A DNA stretch of 64,000 nucleotides from Haliotis cracherodii (lineage: Eukaryota): the NCBI RefSeq assembly GCF_022045235.1, contig NW_027266341.1, positions 56,296,001 to 56,360,000 of the forward strand. Reading direction: 5' to 3'. The notes beneath the pieces were generated by a model that did not search any database, had not been told where the DNA came from, and saw only the letters and a program-made list of their open reading frames with translations. A program made the position numbers and the translations under genes. This document shows, in pieces, positions 1-13,321 of the stretch. Positions within the stretch are counted from its first letter, which is position 1; each line of letters opens with the position of its first letter.

Positions 1-3000
1 CACTTCAGATCGCCCCTCTAGTGATGCAGATAACTCGAATGCAGAGATGGCTGATTTTGACTTCGTTAAATTATATGTATGAATGTCATGTTGTCATGTA
101 TGTAAAATGAATAAAGTGCATCGATATCAAGTATCATGTGGGTCTTATGGCAGTAAAAAGCGGCCAGTCCATTTACATAATGGTAATTAATACCCACCTC
201 CCTGACCACTAAACTTTAACTTTTGTAGTTTGAAGCTGTAGTTCTTATGGGATGCAGTTCTTATGACACAACACAAGTCTCACAACGTTAAAGTGATAAA
301 TATTTATGGTTAAACATCATTTCTATCGAGGGTAATCACAGGCCGCTAATTTACCCACATTGACTAACTGCGGAAGATAAATATTTTTACGATATAACCA
401 CAAAGATGGAATTAAAGGTTAATTGTTATTATATATCCGATATCCTAGTAACGGAGGGAACTGAAGAAGTGTTTAATGTTTCCATGGTCCATTGACATTG
501 TCAATAACCCAGCAAGGTTCCATACACATGATTCTTCATCTGCTGCAATTCATGGATTCTTATTCGTATTTTATATATCATTAACGCAACAGGAGAAAGT
601 TAAAGGGTTAGACTGTAAATTACGTCACTGATTTTAAAGTAGACTAGAGACAGTTAAACGAGTACTTGCTGGTAAGTTCAAATGCATAATTACAGCCTTA
701 AAGGCAACACGACCTCACATGGATCACATAGGTCATATTGAGGCTGATAAATGTACTGTATCCTACAGTTCGTACCATATACATGACTTAATGCAATACA
801 TAGGAGTAATATACGAACAAATAAATATATAAGAATAAACGTGAAAGAGCTCAGGGTTTCAGGTACAGAATATAGTACCGCTGAACTAACAGTTTATTTA
901 TACTCCATGTATGTCCAGAGCGATCACATTGCATTTGCAAATCTTATCATAAGTTATATTGGACGAAATACAATTTTCATTAATGTATATGTGTTCGGAA
1001 AATATACTGTAACTCCTACTAAGTCAAAAGTGTCCTTGTACTGTTTAAAACACACACTTTTGAAGACATGCAAAACTGTATTTTGAGGTGAAAAACACAT
1101 AACTGAAATGGTATTAACTTTTTGATTTGCTCCATAACTAAGATATTTTATCATCACTTGCGTATAAACTACGATATTGCTAGGGGAAAATATTTTACTT
1201 AATTTGAATTCTGTTTAGATTAACTTTATAACAATACCAGAACGCCTATGGAATCTGTCCTATTAAATCTAGTATATTAACATTTTCAAGAATTAGATTT
1301 TGTATTTACGTGATTCTTTAACAAAATTACAGAAATATATAGAAGAACATGACCACAGTTAAATTGGCTTTTGAGTATAAATACCAGAGAGCTGACGAAT
1401 GACATTCGCATTTCAAGCATACAGTATCGCCATACATGTTGGTCATTGAATGGATTTTGAAGTTAATTAATAACAATGCTTCATATATAAGATCACTCAG
1501 ATTTAATATAAGAATGACAATATATCATAAAGAGGTTAGATATCCCCAAACTCACTGAATACAATGAATGCGTATTCTCAATAGAGGATTATTATCCCAT
1601 AACACACACGCGTAATAGCCCTATGCACATAGATATCCATGGATAAATGCATGTTGAATTTATTGCATATTGTTCGGGCATTTCCTTGGTTGATCAAGTT
1701 CACAATTGTGGTTCAGATGCATGTACATTTATGTATATGTATAAGATGGATTTCTGTTAATGGTATAGATTAAAATAACAAGGGCAGACCTATATGTAAC
1801 ACGCAGAACCTTTTTCACATGCTGATGAACAAAACGCGCTTAAAGATACTTTCGTCATCAGAACGCATACTTCATTTAATGTGTCTACGTTGTAAGTCTA
1901 ATTAAAAAATCCATAATATAAGTTACCTGCATAAAGGCAAAAGGAACTGTATGAGAAAGGTACATGGTGTCCATTTTTCTTATACGTCACGACGTTGTAT
2001 GTAGTGACGAGTGGCATACTTCGACATTGGCCTTGTGGTCTGGGGGAACCATCAACTGCCATATTGATTTACCTTGATGACATGAATCCGTTTTGATTAG
2101 ATTTCGAAGCTTATTTTCATGTGCAATATGAAATGAAGTCATAGAGAATATTTCATGTGTCAAGTGAAGTATCATGTTTCTCTCATCGATTGAAGGGGGG
2201 AAAGGACATATGAACACGAGTGGCGTAGCAACGAGTGAAAATATCGCCTTTTCCCCAATAACGAGATGAGAGACACATGATATTTCACTCGACACATGGA
2301 ACAGCCTATTCATTATGCACTTTTTGTGTTAAATTCATTACAAATGTATAACCTACCTAACACACAAGGACGGGTCACCACCTCTTGAATTTGCGGATAA
2401 AAAAAGTAGTTTCGTGTCTGCAAAATCATAAATATATAAACAAAAGTCACAAAAGAATATTAAGGGTCACGAAAATTCTGCATCATACATACATATATGA
2501 TTATATACAAAATCAACTTTAACAAAAAATATTTTTGGAAACTTCGAGACCGCTTTTGGAAACGAAAGTATAAATGCTGGTCAAGTAACTAAAATGGCGC
2601 TTTGCGAAACCAACGGTCTCGACTGACGGGTTAAGGGAGAAATTTACAGTTTTATACGGAACATTTTCGAGAGAATAGCAAACGCTGTGAAGCGATATTA
2701 ACTCCATAAACCATCTGTCATTATTTTGCCTTGTCAATGTGGAACAATGTGTCAACATAAAAAGGAAGTTAACAGTTTGTGAACGGGACAGACACTTAAG
2801 ACAAAGGGAGACAATTTGAGGGGAGGTCATTCTTGTATGACAATATTAATAGTTCCGTCAAAGTGTTATGTTCCCTGCAATGAGCATATCCCTTTCTCGA
2901 CTTCGGAAAACTTAGTCTTTCACAGTGAAGTATATGATAAATGTGTATCTGAAAATCGCGACAAATGGTTTTGTATAAAATTCGATTAACTGTGCATCAA

Positions 3001-5056
3001 GTGATGAACGACAAATACTCATGTTCAGGTGTAGGGTTATACAAGGAAACATGGATGTCAACGAGGGAGTTGCATTCCGAAATCCGAAGATGCTTTCACT
3101 GTAAGGATTTTATAAAACTAAAACCATCAGGGGTATTTCCAAAATTATTAACGTCATCCTATGATCTCCCACCGTTCTTGTCGCAGTTTGTTTAGGTTGA
3201 GGACATTTATTAACATGCACCCTTTGTAATATCTCAATCTTCATATATAACGGGTAACCAATCAGTGTTCAGAAATGCGTATAGATATTGCCTCAAAGTG
3301 TATTTACGCTGTCCTTACAGACAGGAGCCCAGTCTCCGGTCACGCTCAGTTGCGTCTGCGAGCAATTCGACGCAAGGCAGCTTGTGATCCCTAGCGGGCA
3401 GTGTCAGACAGTAGTGAAGAAGCCACAGATCAGTGCCCCTTTACCAAAGAAATGCACATGCTAAAATATTTGTATAGTATTTGAAAATAGCGAATGTTTA
3501 ATTTTTTCTTGCAAAATCAATTGTATTTTGTTTCCTTTTAAATACCCACCTAAATTATCTATATTATTGACAGATATGTTTTTGATGCCAACTGATTAAA
3601 TATTGTCTGTTGAACAATTGCTTTCTTTAAAAATAGGAAACTACTAAGATTAACGGCATATATTTACTTCTTTATATCCAACACTTCATTATGTTGACAA
3701 CAAAACTTAAGGACAGATCCTATGCACAAAGGAAAAGTAACATGGTTTGAATATTGTAAAAAAATCACTGTCCAATCTTATGACATTAAATGTTAATTGA
3801 TTGAAACTTACTAATCAATATAAAATAGCATTCTATCTTTACCAAAGTAATCTTTAAATTTTGAATTCAATGTACCGATTTTAAAATAATAATTGGTTTT
3901 GGTCTTTCCAAAATGTATGTGTACATTTACCCTTTTTATGTTAAAAAATATAGACACTCGTGACTGCGTTTGGGAATAGATTTGATAAAAGACAAATCAA
4001 GTCAAAAGGTCAACTTTATGTAATATGATAGAACAGGACATCATTATCTGTATGTTCACGTTAACTGTTGGCGTGTTACATGTTGGACACCATAACTTGA
4101 CAATTCCAAAATTATTTCCCTTTGTGAACGAAAATCAGCGTGACACTTTCAAATTTTGAAAGAATTACGGATCTTGTAAGATATAAAACATAATTAAATG
4201 CTCTAATACAAATAACTTGACATTATATTTATGTCCGTGGATTATTCATAATATATATTGGATATATTAATAACAAAACAAACTTGACAAGCTCGACATT
4301 ATGACACGCTCGTGGATGTGCTGTTTCCTGAACAAGTTTTTGGGGTGTTAATGTCAGTGTTTTCACAATTAACTTAACTTTTTTTATAAACACAAAAATG
4401 TATTGTCAAACTGAGCCAGTATACATCAGACTTGAACATATATTGTCTGCTGTTCGATCAACGGTTTCATCATTGTAATTTAGAATAACGTCCCTTACTT
4501 TCGTCCTTGACTTTGTACGCGGTTTCTTTACACAAAGTTCTGCGCTTTCGTGAGTGAACCATTAGAAGGTATAATAGTGAAGTATCTTTGGATACATTAC
4601 TTCAATTCTAATAGCTACAGTGTGGTAACTCTACACTTATTGATTATAACATTTCTTGCGTTTGAAAAAACCGTCTTTGCATGGCACGCAAATGCCATTG
4701 TGTAGAACGTAAAACGTCTGGATCTATGTAGGATATAAGTCGGATATGCGAATAGCATGACATACACGTATGCGTACATTTTGACTATATTGTGCCCTGT
4801 AAGCTTGTTATTCTGGACTGTTGGGAACGGCTATACAAAGTACTAGTACATAATTGAGGAACATTTCTATGAACGCAAGATACATTAATACGGAAATACT
4901 TTTCTCTGGACAATGTCATTGGGAAAGGTACTGTCCGGATCAATGGAGTTTCGCTGCATACAAATAGAGTTGTTAGAATAACCGAGATCCACCGCTGGAC
5001 CAATACGTTCAAAGCGGGTGCAATATGGGATGCTAGGTCATGTTACCCCATGACAC

Positions 5057-5272
5057 GAGGTGTGGTTTAACGCCGTGTGTCAGGTATATCAGCTTGTAGT
5101 GACGCAGGTTTTAGACGTTACCCATTTTGTTGAAACCCACGATCAAGGGAATGGCGCTGACAAACCTGGAAACATAATCAGGGCGAACTGGGATTTAAAC
5201 CCGTGACCACAGATTCCTGGCACAACTAATAGCTCTTTGCAGCGCCTCAGACGTTAGCGCCACCTTTGCCCC
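5057..5272 (-). mobile_element. Degenerate tRNA-derived SINE (same family as 39458-39734)
   Basis: The reverse complement reads GGGGCAAAGGTGGC...GTTCGCCCTGATTATGTTTCCAGG...AACGTCTAAAACCTGC...GGCGTTAAACC, matching the 39458 element. Confidence 0.65.
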
Positions 5273-5697
5273 CTGTTTGCCAATGAACCTCGATCAGTAC
5301 AATCAGCAAAAACGTTCTCTGGCATGCATCTCTCGTCATTTTTAGGGAGTTCTTTTTCGTGTTAGTGGCTTTGCAAATCGGTCCAGAAACCTGTGATCGT
5401 GTGTTCGAATTCCTGTTAGACTTGATTATATTTATTAGAATTGTCAGCACCACACCTGTGCTCGAGGCTTTAGCCTAAGAAATAAAGACTTGCATCACTT
5501 CGTGTTTTCTTCCCAAATGAAACGCCGTGAAATGACTGAAAAACTGTTCAAAGCGGTGTTAAACCTAGCTCACTCAATGATTCGTAACTTGTAATAAAAA
5601 TACAACAATATATATGTTTAGGAAATTTTATTTGTCAAGATAATTTAACGATGGATCCAGCATAAAACACATTCATACATCAGACAAGCATACGTCT

Positions 5698-6713
5698 CTA
5701 GTTGTAGTAATAGGGAGTGGCTTTGCCAACGAACGACCCAGCAACTCCATGACCAACAAAGGGTCCACCATGTACATAAACACCCTGTCCGGCAACGCCG
5801 TTTCCGACGAAAGGTCCATGTCCAGCAAATCCATTTCCTACAAGACCAGCTACATGTCCGACATTCTTACCGTAGCCGTAGTTGTTGTTGTAGGGGTTGT
5901 AACCGTACCCATGTCCCTGACCAGCAACTACGTGTCCGGCGAAAGGTCCACGTCCAAAAACAACCCCATCATGTCCGTAGACTCCTTGTCCGACGAAAGG
6001 TCCGTGCCCTACAAGACCAGCTCCATGCCCAGCAACTTTCCCAACACCTTTACCATAGTCATAGGTGTTGTAGTTGTTGGGGCTGTAGTCGTAACTGTAA
6101 CCTTTACCAGCAATACCTTTGTTGCCAAAGCCTTTACCGTAGCCATAGTCATTGTAACCGTTGTACGGGTTGTACCCATAGCCTTTACCAGCATCACCGA
6201 AAGATCCGGATCGGATGGGCTTCTGTGCCAGGACAGATGCGACTAGCACGGACAACACAGCGACGACGGCCTGAATATAACAGAACGGTTCTAATGTAGT
6301 TTGAATCAATAAAATAATCTGAAGATAAAGAAAATATTTGTCCAAATCATATTAGATTCAATGTTGGAGAACAAACACTTGCTCTATACGCAAAAATAGT
6401 AAAAAATAAGAAATTGGGATATAATGCATTATGATTATGGTGTGTAAATTTCAAGTTAAGTACAGAACGGCTGAAGTTAATTTCGACTTAACTTTATCTT
6501 GGTGGAAATACCTTTCTCCACAAGACACCCTTGTTATGATTTTTGTGAAAAACAAACATGTTTAAGCTAAAAATAGCACGATGATTTAAGCCACGTGTTT
6601 GTATGAAGCAGGGCTTGGAATGAGCGCTCGATGGCTACCTTTTAAGAATTCCGAGGTAAGGGGATTAACCAAAGCTGACTCTGATCCTAGATTAGAAGTT
6701 AACTTACCTTCAT
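5698..6713 (-). CDS. Secreted Gly/Tyr/His-rich structural protein, gene 1 (type I), 192 aa; exons 6713-6708 (MK) + 6270-5698
   Basis: ATGAAG|GTAAG at 6713-6703 on the minus strand. Acceptor TTATATTCAG ends at 6271; intron 437 nt, phase 0. Spliced N-terminus MKAVVAVLSVLVASVLA-QKP is signal-peptide-like. GYGYNPYN and GHG repeats; ends KATPYYYN; AATAAA at 5632-5627. Confidence 0.9.
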
Positions 6714-6785
6714 GATGAACAGACTTGACTAGACGATAACACCAGTGTTGAGATGACTGATACCACCACTGTGGTGCTGCCTCCA

Positions 6786-6854
6786 TATATACATCCTTAG
6801 CAGGGTCACGTGAAGACTACCCCTGAGTCACACTGCCAAACAAACATCACGTGA
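6786..6854 (-). promoter_or_regulatory. Gene 1 core promoter: TCACGTGA x2 + TATA
   Basis: TCACGTGA at 6806-6813 and 6847-6854; TATATA at 6786-6791; a TGAGTCA at 6824 is present only in this copy. Confidence 0.8.
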
Positions 6855-9724
6855 CCACATCATTTGGCGAATTTGTGTTATGTAACTCAGTTTTAGTGTC
6901 CAGAACATACCGATCGATTAGAATAAATCATGAAGAAATAAAAAATACAATTATATATGATGATACTGTTAATTTATTAATTGTTAAGATTCATTCAATT
7001 TCATAGTTATGTTCTGTAAAAATAAAAATAAAATAACTTGGTTCCAATACTTGTCAACAGAGGGTTGTAGAAAATTATGACTGAGGTAGAGACTTCGGCA
7101 CAAAAAAGCAGAAAGAGGAAACAAAATTTCCACTTCCTATGCATTTCCATAAAAAACTAGTCACATGTACTGTATTAGCGTTTTCGTGTAGCACACTTCG
7201 AATATTTTGTTGTTGCAAAATGACACACTCACATTGAAATTTAAAGAAAACAAAGTCGATTAATGACATATTTTCAAGTGTACAAACTCTATATCAATAG
7301 TATTTGGGACTGCCCTTTCAGACGTTTCCTCATTCATCCTCTATGCGCCATATCACGAAGTAATTGCAACCATCTTGAAACAAATATTGTGAGCCATTCG
7401 TATAATTTTCATCACAATTTGCCTTTATTGCCCAATGGAATGAATCCTTCCACAAGTTACTATCTGGTGCTGACGTTTCATATTTTCTGGTATTTTAGAC
7501 AATTGTCAATGTGAGATGAATGTCACTTTTAGATATTTCCAAAAGATCTTCAATATCATTCTCAGATAATCGAAATAAAGTGTTGATGTGTTTGAAGTAT
7601 ATTTATGCTGAACACTTTGAATGGGGCAGTTGTACTTGTTGTACTGTGTTTTAAATTTAAAGCTGGATAAACCGATTAGTTCTTTGACACTTAAATAACA
7701 TTACACGATTGTATAATTGACGATAATAATAACCATCGTAAGCTATTTAATGGGTATTTGCAGAGATACATGTAGGGGTACTAACTGGTTACTTTTCCCC
7801 ATTTATGTGTCTTTGTGTTATGTCATAGTCATTGGCATTAGCATGGTTGCTCAATTCAGCAATCAATTCTTAACATACATTTGTGAAGATGAAGTTACAA
7901 AACTTATACATTCAAGACAACGTGTATGGGATATTTCATTAATGTAATTAAATTGACCGACCATCCAGGTTGAAACGAGCTGTGAATATGCATACCTTCA
8001 TGCGTATCACGTCTCATTAAAGATTTAAGGCTACGGATATGATCTTGATACCTAGTGCGGTCAGAACAGGGTCGAACGTATTGCCCCGGGCGAGGAATCT
8101 ATCCCACGTCATCACAAGTTTACTCCAAATTGAATACATTTTTATAGAAAACATTGTAGAATATTTTTACCATGACATAATTAGCTTCAATCAAACATTC
8201 CATTCAATATTGAATTATTATTATTATAGTACTTTCTTCAATTATATTTGTTCACTATTTCACGCAAACATATCAATCAATTTGCATGTCAAACTTTTTT
8301 CAGATGCTGAATATGTTATTTAAAGCCATTGTATGAGTACGACTTTATCACTAGGAAACCTGGCACTGGTCAGACAGCTTATAGTCAGTTGGCCAGGGGG
8401 GAAAAAAAGATTTTCGTTCCGACATTTTCCTGTATTCCTTAAACCTTTTCTATTGCATAAAAGGGGGTATCTGTACACAATTTTCATTGGGTAGTAAGCT
8501 TGCAAGTGTGTGCGTGAATTTTCAGGGGGTCAAAATTGCATAAATGAAAGGAAACATGCATAATTTGACAAAATTGGCTGTAACATTTTTATGAAGACAT
8601 TAAACTATCCACATTATGTCTTTGATTAAAGGTAATGTGTTCGGTTGTCTGATTTTGGCAAACATTTTGTTTCATTTAACTGTTATTCTAATTCTCAGTG
8701 GAAACATTGATAAAAATAATGTTTTTTACTTCATTTTCAAATCGAGTGAGTAGGTAAAACACTAATTCCATTGAATTGAGACAATAAAACCACTATAACT
8801 GTGTATTAAAATCTCCCTGACCCATTGTACTATCCTATTCAAAGAACCAAATGCAAACATATTTCATAGGGGCTGATATATTGTATACAATGTTACCCCA
8901 CCCCTCAAAAACCAATTTTAACGAAGATTGCTTATTGAGATATGGTGGTAGATTATGTTGATGCAGTTGATGAGTGGAATAATTGCAACATTGCTTAAAA
9001 ACACCAAAATAGTAAACTCTTAAAGAAAAGTGATGTTTCAAGTTTTTCTGTGAGCATTTATGATGGCCATCTTGAATTTCAAGATGGCCGCCATTTTGAC
9101 CTGTTTTCAAAATCAAGATCTAATATAGTTCTTGACAACATGGTCATGTAATATATCATAAGAAAGCTTTAATTGTCTTTTCAATGATGTACATTATCCC
9201 CAACAATGAAAAAAGGAAATATTTAAAGCTAATTCCTCTAGCGACTTCAAACCATACCCAAATTTAGATTTAAATTTAAATGGACATATTTTCACTCAAA
9301 ATTGTAGGTTTACTGCAACCCCCTGATTGTGGACAAAAAACTACCACTGTAGCTTATTATCACCAGCTGGCATTGGAATTACCTATGTAAAAACAACAAA
9401 TTCATAAATTGTTTTATCTTAATTTGGAAACATTAAAATTAATGTATCATTTTTACATTAATTTTGGATATTGATTAAGTCCAATGGCCAGGACTTCATG
9501 CAAATGACACCATGCTTGCAAGTAACAAGCTACCTGGGTTGCAGAGTCTGTTAGTGCTGTTACATAAAGAAAAGGGGACAAAGTAAAATGCAAGTAATCT
9601 GTATCTTGTCACCTGTAAACTTCTCGAGAAAGACAATGTAGTACACGCAGGAGTTCAAATTAGCCGATCAAACTGAACACTGAAATGTACTAGTTTACCG
9701 TGTGAAAAAGGGAACAGGTTTATT

Positions 9725-9894
9725 NNNNNNNNNNNNNNNNNNNNNNNNNNNNNNNNNNNNNNNNNNNNNNNNNNNNNNNNNNNNNNNNNNNNNNNNNNNN
9801 NNNNNNNNNNNNNNNNNNNNNNNNNNNNNNNNNNNNNNNNNNNNNNNNNNNNNNNNNNNNNNNNNNNNNNNNNNNNNNNNNNNNNNNNNNNNNN
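9725..9894. other. Assembly gap (170 N)
   Basis: Run of N; other gaps at 22531-22690 and 44566-44720. Confidence 0.99.
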
Positions 9895-10161
9895 CAATTG
9901 TCATCTTCATATAGTGTTCTTGACCTTCACACATTAATGATGACAACACTATTGTAACTGTACCCACAAACGAAAGTGAGTTTTAAACACAAGTACTTAT
10001 TTAAACACTTGAAATTACATCACTAATCAAAACATTCACATTGAACAAGTTTGTTCACTGTATTATTTTACTTGGGAAGCTGTAAGACTTTGATGACTGA
10101 TTTAATGACATCACCAATGCTGAGTTACGAAACTGTTGACATATTCTTTTATACGATACGG

Positions 10162-10262
10162 TCACGTGATGCGCGCTTAACGGTAAAACTCTTGGTGTAA
10201 CGATCACGTGACCCTGTTAAGGATGTATATATGGAGGCAACACCATCTTGGTGGCATCAGTC
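10162..10262 (+). promoter_or_regulatory. Gene 2 core promoter: TCACGTGA x2 + TATA + Inr
   Basis: TCACGTGA at 10162 and 10204; TATATA at 10226; TCAGTC at 10257-10262. Confidence 0.82.
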
Positions 10263-10302
10263 ATCTCAACAGTGGTGTATCGTCTAGTCAAGTCTGTTCA
10301 CC

Positions 10303-11473
10303 ATGAAGGTAAGCTACCATTGTACCGATACAGTAATACAAGCATGAAATAGTGTCTCTCAGTTAATTTTGAAGCTTTCTTTAAATGAAATACTTAACTA
10401 AAATTGTATGTCCAAAACATGAGCAACCTGCTTGTAACCAGGTGAAGAAAACTTTATATATTAAGATGCGCCAAAGCACGAGGTTGCACCCATGTGATGC
10501 ACAGTGGTGTGGGTTGATAGGGAACTGACAAGGAATTGAAACGAAAATTTGTACCCAAAATATAATTCATATTTGATGTACCGGGAAACTACATTAATCC
10601 GTACACTTTTCCAGATTAACGAAAGATGGTAACGGATTAACGTCACTTTGTATACATCAAAGGGTCCAACCATTCCATATTCCAATGGATACAGTTAATA
10701 TGACTTTTAACATTTGTATGAAGGTGTTTAAAGTTTAAAGTTCTCAAACTCTAATGTGTTCTTATATTCAGGTCGTCATCGCTGCGTTGTCTGTGCTAGT
10801 TGCCTCTGCCTTGGCCCAAGTGCCTTTAGAAACTGGATCCGTCGGAGTCGGCACTGTCGGTGTTGCTGGTACAGGCTATGGCTACAACCCATACAACAGG
10901 AACCATGGTTACAATGGCTATGGCTACGGTAAAGGCGTTGGCAACGTTGGTGTTGGAAAGGTTTACGGCAACGGCTACACTCCCTACAACTATAACAACT
11001 ATGGCTACGGTAAAGGCGTTGGGAAGGTCGGTGTTGCCGGTCCCTTCGTTGCAGGACATGGATTTGGTCTTGTTGGACATGGACACGGACCTTTCGTTGG
11101 TGAAAACGGCATTGCTGGAAAGGGACATGGCTACGGCTACAACACCTACAACGGAGCTGGGAATGGAGTTGGTCTTGTAGGAAATGGACTCCTTGGACAC
11201 GCCGGACACGGCCTCGCAGAGCCCTTCGCAGTCGGCCACGGTGTTGCTGGAAAGGGACATGGCTACGGCTACAACCCCTACAACAACAACTACGGCTACG
11301 GTAAGAACGTCGGACATGGAGCTGGTCTTGTTGGAAATGGATTTGCTGGACATGGACCTTTCGTCGGACACGGAGTTTCCGGGCACGGTGTTTATGGACA
11401 TGGTGGACCCTTTGTTGGTCATGGAATTGCTGGTTCGTTCGTTGGCAAAGCCACTCCCTATTACTACCACTAG
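10303..11473 (+). CDS. Secreted Gly/Tyr/His-rich structural protein, gene 2 (type II), 235 aa; exons 10303-10308 + 10772-11473
   Basis: ATGAAG|GTAAG; CTAAT branch-like motif at 10751 and acceptor TTCAG at 10771; 463-nt intron. MKVVIAALSVLVASALA-QVPLETG; ends KATPYYYH; AATAAA at 11553. Confidence 0.92.
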
Positions 11474-11644
11474 GGACGTATGCTTGTGATGCCTGATGTA
11501 TGAATGCTTTGGTACTTTATTGATATGTTTTTGTATCCATTTACGAATGGGCAATAAATCTGTTGTTACATGTATGTTGTATTATTCAAGTACTGTGTAT
11601 AGTTTGGTCGTTGTATTACATGTAACGAATATTCTATAGAAATC

Positions 11645-11834
11645 CTCCCCTGGCCACGTTATACAAGGACACTTTCAAGAGGCACTTGTTGTTACCTGTT
11701 ACCCTGATAAAACAAGGACTGGTCGGCTCGGAGTCAGTATAGTATTTCTAAGTGGATAATCATGTTACACTGCGGCATGGTATCTCAGTGAGCCAGCACT
11801 ATAACATCGTCATGGTTCCGGACTAGTACAAGCT

Positions 11835-11875
<41 letters not shown>

Positions 11876-11988
11876 TGACGCACACATACACTGACGCACG
11901 CACGCACGCACGCTCGCGCGCATGCATGCACGTCACTTATTAAGCGCAATAATCTTGAAGCTGACGTTAAACTCCGTCATCTCACCTT
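11645..11988 (+). mobile_element. Degenerate CACCT-tailed SINE just downstream of the poly(A) region of plus-strand genes
   Basis: Matches the body of the 25350 SINE (AAGGACTGGTCGGCTCGGAGTCAGT...GGCATGGTATCTCAGT). Equivalent copies lie at ~22345, 32475, 39260, 47370 and 56430; most contain a (CA)n tract. Confidence 0.7.
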
Positions 11989-13108
11989 ATTTTATACATA
12001 ACAGTAGTTCTACCTTCATACTTTCATATAGTCCATGGCAGGTTTAGCACATTTGTGGCAATGACAAAGCGAGGGACAGGAAGCATATTTTGGGTATCGA
12101 ACGTAGCGTATGATGAGGGATCACAGGTGGCCAAGTCTTCTGAGTTTCGTTTCTTCGGCGTGCTGCATCCTGTGGTCTGGGCCTCAATTACCAGATTCGC
12201 CCTGGTTATGTTTATAGCTTTATCAACACCATATCTGTTTTGGTTGGTTTCAATAAAGTGGTAAACGTCTGAGACCTTCGGCGTCCTTCCACATGAAGCT
12301 GACACCCGTGACGTAAAACAAATACTTTTCAATGTGGTATTAAACTCACTCACTCACTATAACCAGTTAACATTGTTGGTCGTCCGCCGCTTTCATTGCA
12401 TTTCTAAAATACATATTTGTATGTCTTGTGCTTTTAGTAAGATTCACTTAATAACTGTTACATAAAACACCTATCAACAAAGTATGGCGCAATATAGGTT
12501 CAAACATAGGCTTTTTATTTCATTATACTTTAATCACATATAATACAGGTATTGAACGTTTGCAGCATAGCCGTTTCGGAAAGGTATTTCGAGACTTAAA
12601 GAAGCTAAAGCTACTCTTTTGAGTTTTAATTCTCGACCACAGGTCACTATTATGACGACAGTCCGCTCATCGTTACGCAAAAGCGAAAAGCGTCAAATTC
12701 CAACCTCTCTATCGTCCCTTAAACTTGAAATACACCCTCCTTATTCGATCGAGTTTTCTGAACAAAATGTACATCAATCATACATGAAAAAAACACTGCA
12801 TTTTGTAACCAATAAATGTGCGTGTCATTATTTCGAAATATCCTACCGACAATAATTAAGGAAGAAATACTTTCCTATCAATATATGCTATCAATATATG
12901 CAATAATCAGCTGTTTTATTCAAAGGTGCTTATTGTGATTTGAAACCTCTGGTTGACCAGTCAGAATCGAGTATTTTCCAAATTCAAGGAAGAATAATAG
13001 TATCTTTGAATGTGTGTTTCGGGCAATGCGCATGAACGAGTGACCACTGCTTTACAACTAAAAATTTCGTTTGCTTCTCTGACCAGCTTAAACTAATTCT
13101 GTGCTAAA

Positions 13109-13321
13109 TTCTTACTGCTATTGGAAGCACTTCATTAGTTTTTGTCGGTGTTTGCAATTGATTTTTGCATCCATCAACACTTCTTACTGCTATTGAAAGC
13201 ACTTCACTAGTTTTTGTCGGTGTTTGCAATTGCTTTTGCATCCGTCAACAATTCTTACTGCTGTTGCAAGCACTTCACTAGTTTTTGTCGGTGTTTGCAA
13301 TTGTTTTTGCATCCGTCAACA
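13109..13321. repeat. ~71-bp tandem repeat x3
   Basis: TTCTTACTGCT(A/G)TTG.AAGCACTTCA.TAGTTTTTGTCGGTGTTTGCAATTG... occurs three times here; paralogous spacers have one copy. Confidence 0.85.

Noticed and set aside
2170-2320. CACGAGTGGCGTAGCAACGAGTG motif suggesting the end of a non-autonomous DNA element
   Set aside because: No matching opposite terminus or TSD could be located in the window.
5698-6270. Naming the genes shematrin, prisilkin or keratin-associated protein
   Set aside because: Only compositional similarity; the RKKKY-type tail and Cys-containing N-terminal motifs are absent, so no gene symbol is assigned.
6824-6830. AP-1 site TGAGTCA in the gene 1 promoter
   Set aside because: It reads TGAGTTA in genes 3 and 5 and is absent in the others, so it is not a conserved element.
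10754-10771. ORF-track N-termini MCSYIQ / MDKYF / MFSN / MDTV
   Set aside because: Intronic sequence (branch point and acceptor). The equivalent ATG is out of frame in genes 8 and 9, whereas the Met-Lys exon is conserved in all copies.
10826-11554. Long antisense and alternate-frame ORFs over each gene (e.g. 242, 190, 209, 232 and 150 aa)
   Set aside because: Shadows of repetitive Gly/Val/Tyr codons that rarely create stops in other frames; their ends vary between paralogues and they have no promoter or splice support.
13109-13321. Repeated unit superficially like a CRISPR array; also a 14-bp x4 repeat at ~48690
   Set aside because: Contiguous tandem copies with no unique spacers, in a eukaryotic context.
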